From an uncultured Planctomycetales bacterium (GTDB taxonomy: Bacteria > Omnitrophota > Gorgyraeia > Zapsychrales > CAYRXT01): a stretch of 64,000 bases of DNA. The DNA is taken from contig CAYRXT010000001.1 in NCBI GenBank assembly GCA_964428315.1, positions 18,944-82,943 of the forward strand, written 5' to 3'. The DNA itself is not shown here. Numbering within the stretch: the first letter of the stretch is position 1. Below are more notes on the stretch, generated by a model that saw nothing but the letters and a program-made list of their open reading frames with translations, did not search any database and was not told the DNA's origin.

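Noticed and set aside
14297-63384. Long minus-strand ORFs (e.g. 16424-19105, 21062-23224, 42059-43780, 47681-49573, 60092-61957)
   Set aside because: Antisense shadows of the GC3-rich giant frame, with no recognisable motifs; the + frame carries all the domains.
1-64000. CRISPR array, rRNA/tRNA, diversity-generating retroelement, genome-wide stop-codon recoding
   Set aside because: No repeat-spacer array, RNA gene or reverse transcriptase seen. The 120-bp repeat lacks adenine-specific variation. Genes end normally on TAA, TAG and TGA, and the giant frame needs no recoding.

Overview
The window looks like a Ca. Omnitrophota-type locus; this assignment is inferred from gene style, not proven. 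It has three parts. (1) 155-2020: a gene for an HTH protein whose C-terminal half resembles a decayed DDE transposase, surrounded by TGTCCA boxes. (2) 2901-12887: a Tad/Flp pilus operon with 11 class-III-signal pilin or pseudopilin genes (one 53-aa pilin is missing from the ORF track), two large Cys-rich minor pilins, and tadB/tadC. (3) 14348 to the window end: one uninterrupted reading frame (+2) of at least 49,653 nt and at least 16,551 aa, missing from the ORF track because it has no stop codon here. Read by hand, this giant protein contains, in order: a signal-like N-terminus, a C39 peptidase with a double-glycine-like site, an OmpA-like peptidoglycan-binding domain, Gly/Ala-zipper helices, SecA-like ATPase 1, a block of effector-like cassettes (M48 peptidase, two histidine kinases, a transglutaminase-like domain, two GGDEF domains), SecA-like ATPase 2, a site-2-protease-like membrane domain, two copies of a membrane cassette with internal signal-peptidase-like sites, FlgD-Ig/T9SS-tail-like domains, SirB1-like plus TPR, a lytic transglycosylase, a degenerate M23-like domain and a beta-barrel-like tail. 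The best candidate for a new system is a processed polyprotein effector array, whose cytoplasmic cassettes are bracketed by a D-x-x-M-[AS]-[ED] motif, co-regulated with Tad pili through shared operator (TGTCCA) and leader (AGCCACGGA plus terminator) elements. All domain calls come from manual motif recognition, not database searches.
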